From: an uncultured Candidatus Rokubacteria bacterium | Lineage (GTDB): Bacteria > Methylomirabilota > Methylomirabilia > Rokubacteriales > CSP1-6 | Assembly: GCA_963758635.1 (NCBI GenBank) | Contig: CAVWWD010000002.1 | Coordinates: forward strand, 32,001 to 96,000 | Reading direction: 5' to 3' | Length of the DNA stretch: 64,000 nt | Made by a program: the position numbers and the translations under genes | The notes under the pieces: model-generated | The model's input: the letters and a program-made list of their open reading frames with translations, nothing else | Told to the model about the DNA's origin: nothing | Database searches by the model: none | Shown: one piece after another, positions 61,130-64,000 of the stretch | Layout of the letters: each line of letters begins with the position of its first letter | Numbering within the stretch: position 1 is the stretch's first letter

Positions 61130-62236
61130 TCAAGGCACGAACGCAAGGAACAAGAACGCCGCGAAGAGCACGAGGTGCACCGCCCCCTGCATCACGTAGG
61201 TGCGGCCGGTGCCGAGAGTGAACGCGCTCACCAGAAACGTCAGCATGAGCATCGCCATGTCCGCCGGCCCGACGCCCAGGACCAAGGGCAACTGGAAGGC
61301 GATCGATGCCAGTACCACGACGGGAACGGTGAGACCAATGCAGGCGAGCGCGGAGCCGATCGCAAGATTGATGCTGGTCTGAAGTCGATCGGCCCGGGCG
61401 GCCCGCACCGCGGCCCACGTTTCCGGCAGCAGGATCAGCCCGGCGATCACGATCCCGACCACAGCCCTGGGCGCATCGGCGGCCTCGACCACGCCCTCGA
61501 TCGTGGGCGAAAGCATCTTGGCAAGACCCACGACCGCCACGAGTGAGAGGAGGAGCAACCCGGAGCTCACCCATGCCTCCAGGGCCGTCGGCGGCTCGGC
61601 ATGCACGTCCAGGTTGTCCGCGCCGGCCGCCGGGATGAAATAGTCCCGATGGCGTACGGTCTGAACGAAGATGAAGATCGCCCAGAGCACGGCGGCCGTC
61701 ACGGCCACGAATCCGAGTTGCGAGCCGCTGTACGTGCCGGCGGGCGTGCTTGTCGTGAACACCGGCAAGACGAGCGTGAGGGTAGACATCACGATCAGCG
61801 CCGCAAGCCCTGCGCCAGCTCCCTCGATGCGGAAAGTCTGCTCTCGGTGCGCAAGACCGCCGAGGAGCACGCATATGCCTACGACACCGTTGCAGATGAT
61901 CATCACGGCGGCGTAGATCGCGTCGCGCGGCAGAGCGGCCATGTCCTCGCCGCCTGCAATCATCATCGACAGGATGAGCGCGGTCTCGATCGCGGTCACG
62001 GCCAAGGCAAGCACGAGCGTGCCGAGGGGCTCGCCCACGCGATGCGCGATGACTTCGGCGTGGTGGACCGCTGCGATGATCGCCCCGACCAGAGCGGCGC
62101 CGCACAGCACGGCGAGCAAGGTTCCCACGCCCGCGACGACCGCAGCCACGAGCAACGCGAGCGCCAACACGGGGACAAGCCAGGTCCAGAGAGGGATGGT
62201 TCGTCCTTGGCCCGGTGGTGTGGGCGTCACCACCAT
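61130..62236 (-). CDS. Ca2+/H+ antiporter ChaA-like (CaCA family)
   Basis: AVHHAEVIAHRVGEPLGTLVLA, RDAIYAAVM, LLPE, SINLAIGSALA, QGAVHLV. Confidence 0.9.
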   Translation of the reverse strand: MVVTPTPPGQGRTIPLWTWLVPVLALALLVAAVVAGVGTLLAVLCGAALVGAIIAAVHHAEVIAHRVGEPLGTLVLALAVTAIETALILSMMIAGGEDMAALPRDAIYAAVMIICNGVVGICVLLGGLAHREQTFRIEGAGAGLAALIVMSTLTLVLPVFTTSTPAGTYSGSQLGFVAVTAAVLWAIFIFVQTVRHRDYFIPAAGADNLDVHAEPPTALEAWVSSGLLLLSLVAVVGLAKMLSPTIEGVVEAADAPRAVVGIVIAGLILLPETWAAVRAARADRLQTSINLAIGSALACIGLTVPVVVLASIAFQLPLVLGVGPADMAMLMLTFLVSAFTLGTGRTYVMQGAVHLVLFAAFLFLAFVP

Positions 62237-62264
62237 CCCCCCACGCCGGGAATCGCGCAAGGGT

Positions 62265-64000
62265 TCATCCGCGCTCAGTCAGGTCTCGGGAAGGATCCGG
62301 GCTGTGGCGGGTCAGCACCTCGGCGAGGTCCGCAACGGTCGGCGTCTCGAGAAGCAGCCCGAGGGGCAGCGCGACCTGGAATCGCTCGATCACGCGGGAT
62401 AGGACCCGGGTCGCGGCGAGCGAGTGGCCCCCGAGATCGAGGAACGGGTCGTGGACGCCCACGCGGTCGAGGCCGAGCACGTCGGCCCAGATCGAGACCA
62501 AGGCCTCTTCCGTGACGGTGCGGGGCGCCTGAAACGCCACGTCGAGCTCTGGTCGCTGGCGCCCGGGATCGGCCAGGGCGCGCCGGTCGACCTTTCCGCC
62601 GGCGGTCAGCGGCAGTGCGTCGAGCCGGACGTAGGCTGACGGCAGCATGTAGTCGGGCACCCGGCCCGCGAGGGCGCGGCGGAGCTCGCCGATGGACAGC
62701 GGTCCGCCACGTTCGGGAACGACATGGGCCACGAGACCGGTCGCGCCCGTATGGTCCGCTCGCGCCGTGACCACGGCTTCCTTCACCGTCGGCAGGGCGA
62801 GGAGCGCGGACTCGATCTCCGCCAGCTCGACGCGGTTTCCCCTGATCTTCACTTGCTGGTCCGTGCGCCCCAGGTGGAGGAGGCCGCCGTCCGCCCGCAT
62901 GCGGCCGAGGTCTCCGGTGGGGTAGGTCACGCAGCCCGGCTCGGTCGGATCGGGCACGAAGCGAGCGCGCGTGAGCTCGGGTTGTCTCCAGTATCCCGGA
63001 GACAGATACCGGCTCCGGACGACGATCTCACCATGGCCGCCGGGGCTCACCACGCCGCCGTCGTCGTCGCGGAGCGTGATCTCCACGTCGTCGACCGGAT
63101 AGCCCACCGGCACCAGGTCATCCACTTCCGGGTAGGCGCCATCGAAGAAGCAGGTACACAGCGTGCCGGTCTCCGTGCTTCCCAGCCGGACCATCAGGAT
63201 GGTCGGCGTCGCGCGCCAATGGGCACGATACAGGTCGAGGTCGGCCCGGGTGACCGAGTCCGACCCGAGCTGGATGAGCCGCAGCGCCGGCAGCTCCGCG
63301 ACCCCGCCCAATCCGGCCACCCACTGGCGGAACACCGCGGGGACGGAGAAGTACACGGTGATCTCGTGTCCGGCCAGCCATGGCGTCAGCTGGTCGAGGC
63401 CCTGCCGCGCCAGGTCGAAGGGACAGAGCGCGGCGCCGTTCAGCAGCGCGGCGAGCGTGATCTTCAGGCCCTGGCTCGCGTGGCAGGGATAGAGGAGCGC
63501 GAGGCGATCCTCGGCGCAGATGCGCAGGCCGTTGGCGTAGAGCATGGCCTCGTGGAGCCCGTTCCGATGATTCTGCGTCACGCCCTTCGGCTGTCCCGTG
63601 GAGCCCGAGGTGTACACGATGTACGTGAGGTCGCCGGGCGCGATCGGAAGCGCGGGGTCGCTCGCGGGCAGCTCCGGGTCGAGCGCGTCGAGGTCCAGGA
63701 CCCGGCAATTCGCCGGCGCATGCGCGGCCCCGGTCGCCAGGCTCGCCCCGTCGGTGAGCATGAGCGGCGCCTGCGAGTCCGCGAGGACGGCTTCGATCCG
63801 CGCCCCGGGCCAGGACGGACCAAGCGGCACGAACAGCTTGCCCGCCTTGAGGATGCCGAGGAGCGCCGCGATCATGGCGGCGCCGGTCGGCAGGAGCAAC
63901 GCGATCGGCTCCTGGATCGAGCCCCGCTCGCGCAGCACCGCGTGGGCGATGCGGTTGGCGCGGCGGTTCAGCGCCTCGTACGTCAGCGTCTCGCCGGGGG
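62265..64000 (-). CDS. NRPS-like adenylation + carrier (A-T) protein, 5' end outside the window
   Basis: LTYEALNRRANR, YIVYTSGSTGQPKGV, YPTGDLGR, GRTDQQVKIRG, PLTAGGKVDR, FLDLGGHSL. Confidence 0.9.
   Translation of the reverse strand, partial: PGETLTYEALNRRANRIAHAVLRERGSIQEPIALLLPTGAAMIAALLGILKAGKLFVPLGPSWPGARIEAVLADSQAPLMLTDGASLATGAAHAPANCRVLDLDALDPELPASDPALPIAPGDLTYIVYTSGSTGQPKGVTQNHRNGLHEAMLYANGLRICAEDRLALLYPCHASQGLKITLAALLNGAALCPFDLARQGLDQLTPWLAGHEITVYFSVPAVFRQWVAGLGGVAELPALRLIQLGSDSVTRADLDLYRAHWRATPTILMVRLGSTETGTLCTCFFDGAYPEVDDLVPVGYPVDDVEITLRDDDGGVVSPGGHGEIVVRSRYLSPGYWRQPELTRARFVPDPTEPGCVTYPTGDLGRMRADGGLLHLGRTDQQVKIRGNRVELAEIESALLALPTVKEAVVTARADHTGATGLVAHVVPERGGPLSIGELRRALAGRVPDYMLPSAYVRLDALPLTAGGKVDRRALADPGRQRPELDVAFQAPRTVTEEALVSIWADVLGLDRVGVHDPFLDLGGHSLAATRVLSRVIERFQVALPLGLLLETPTVADLAEVLTRHSPDPSRDLTERG

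Overview
High-GC bacterial chromosome segment with about 55 recognisable genes. The gene content resembles Candidatus Rokubacteria/Methylomirabilota (inference only). Roughly 15 otherwise intact genes contain single-base frameshifts, most likely long-read consensus errors. From left to right: an outer-membrane protein, an orphan form II CoxL, a di-heme CCP/MauG-family protein with a PaaK-like + A-T NRPS-like gene, a TetR gene, and a 4.5 kb segment bounded by 23-bp direct repeats (YCII, adenylate/guanylate cyclase, PCD/VOC). Next come a 12-gene hydrolase/ABC/Tm-1-like/TIM-barrel/flotillin/SRPBCC operon, an O-methyltransferase, nrtR-nadA-nadC-cysteine desulfurase with two NrtR boxes, an RND pump, class I aldolase + PPi-PFK, several gene remnants and a catabolic cluster. 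The standout is 48.3-61 kb, a cluster of stress-type and small membrane genes (mlaC-like, AI-2E, ftsH, OmpA-like, ppk1/ppx, desaturase, GlsB/YeaQ, micro-proteins). Nine intergenic copies of the palindrome YTGGACC-WW-GGTCCAR lie there, each 23-24 bp upstream of a TAGNNT-type -10 hexamer. This is a candidate undescribed DosR-like activator regulon. The window ends with a ChaA-like antiporter and a second A-T NRPS-like gene. No rRNA, tRNA, CRISPR array or intact transposase/integrase was recognised.
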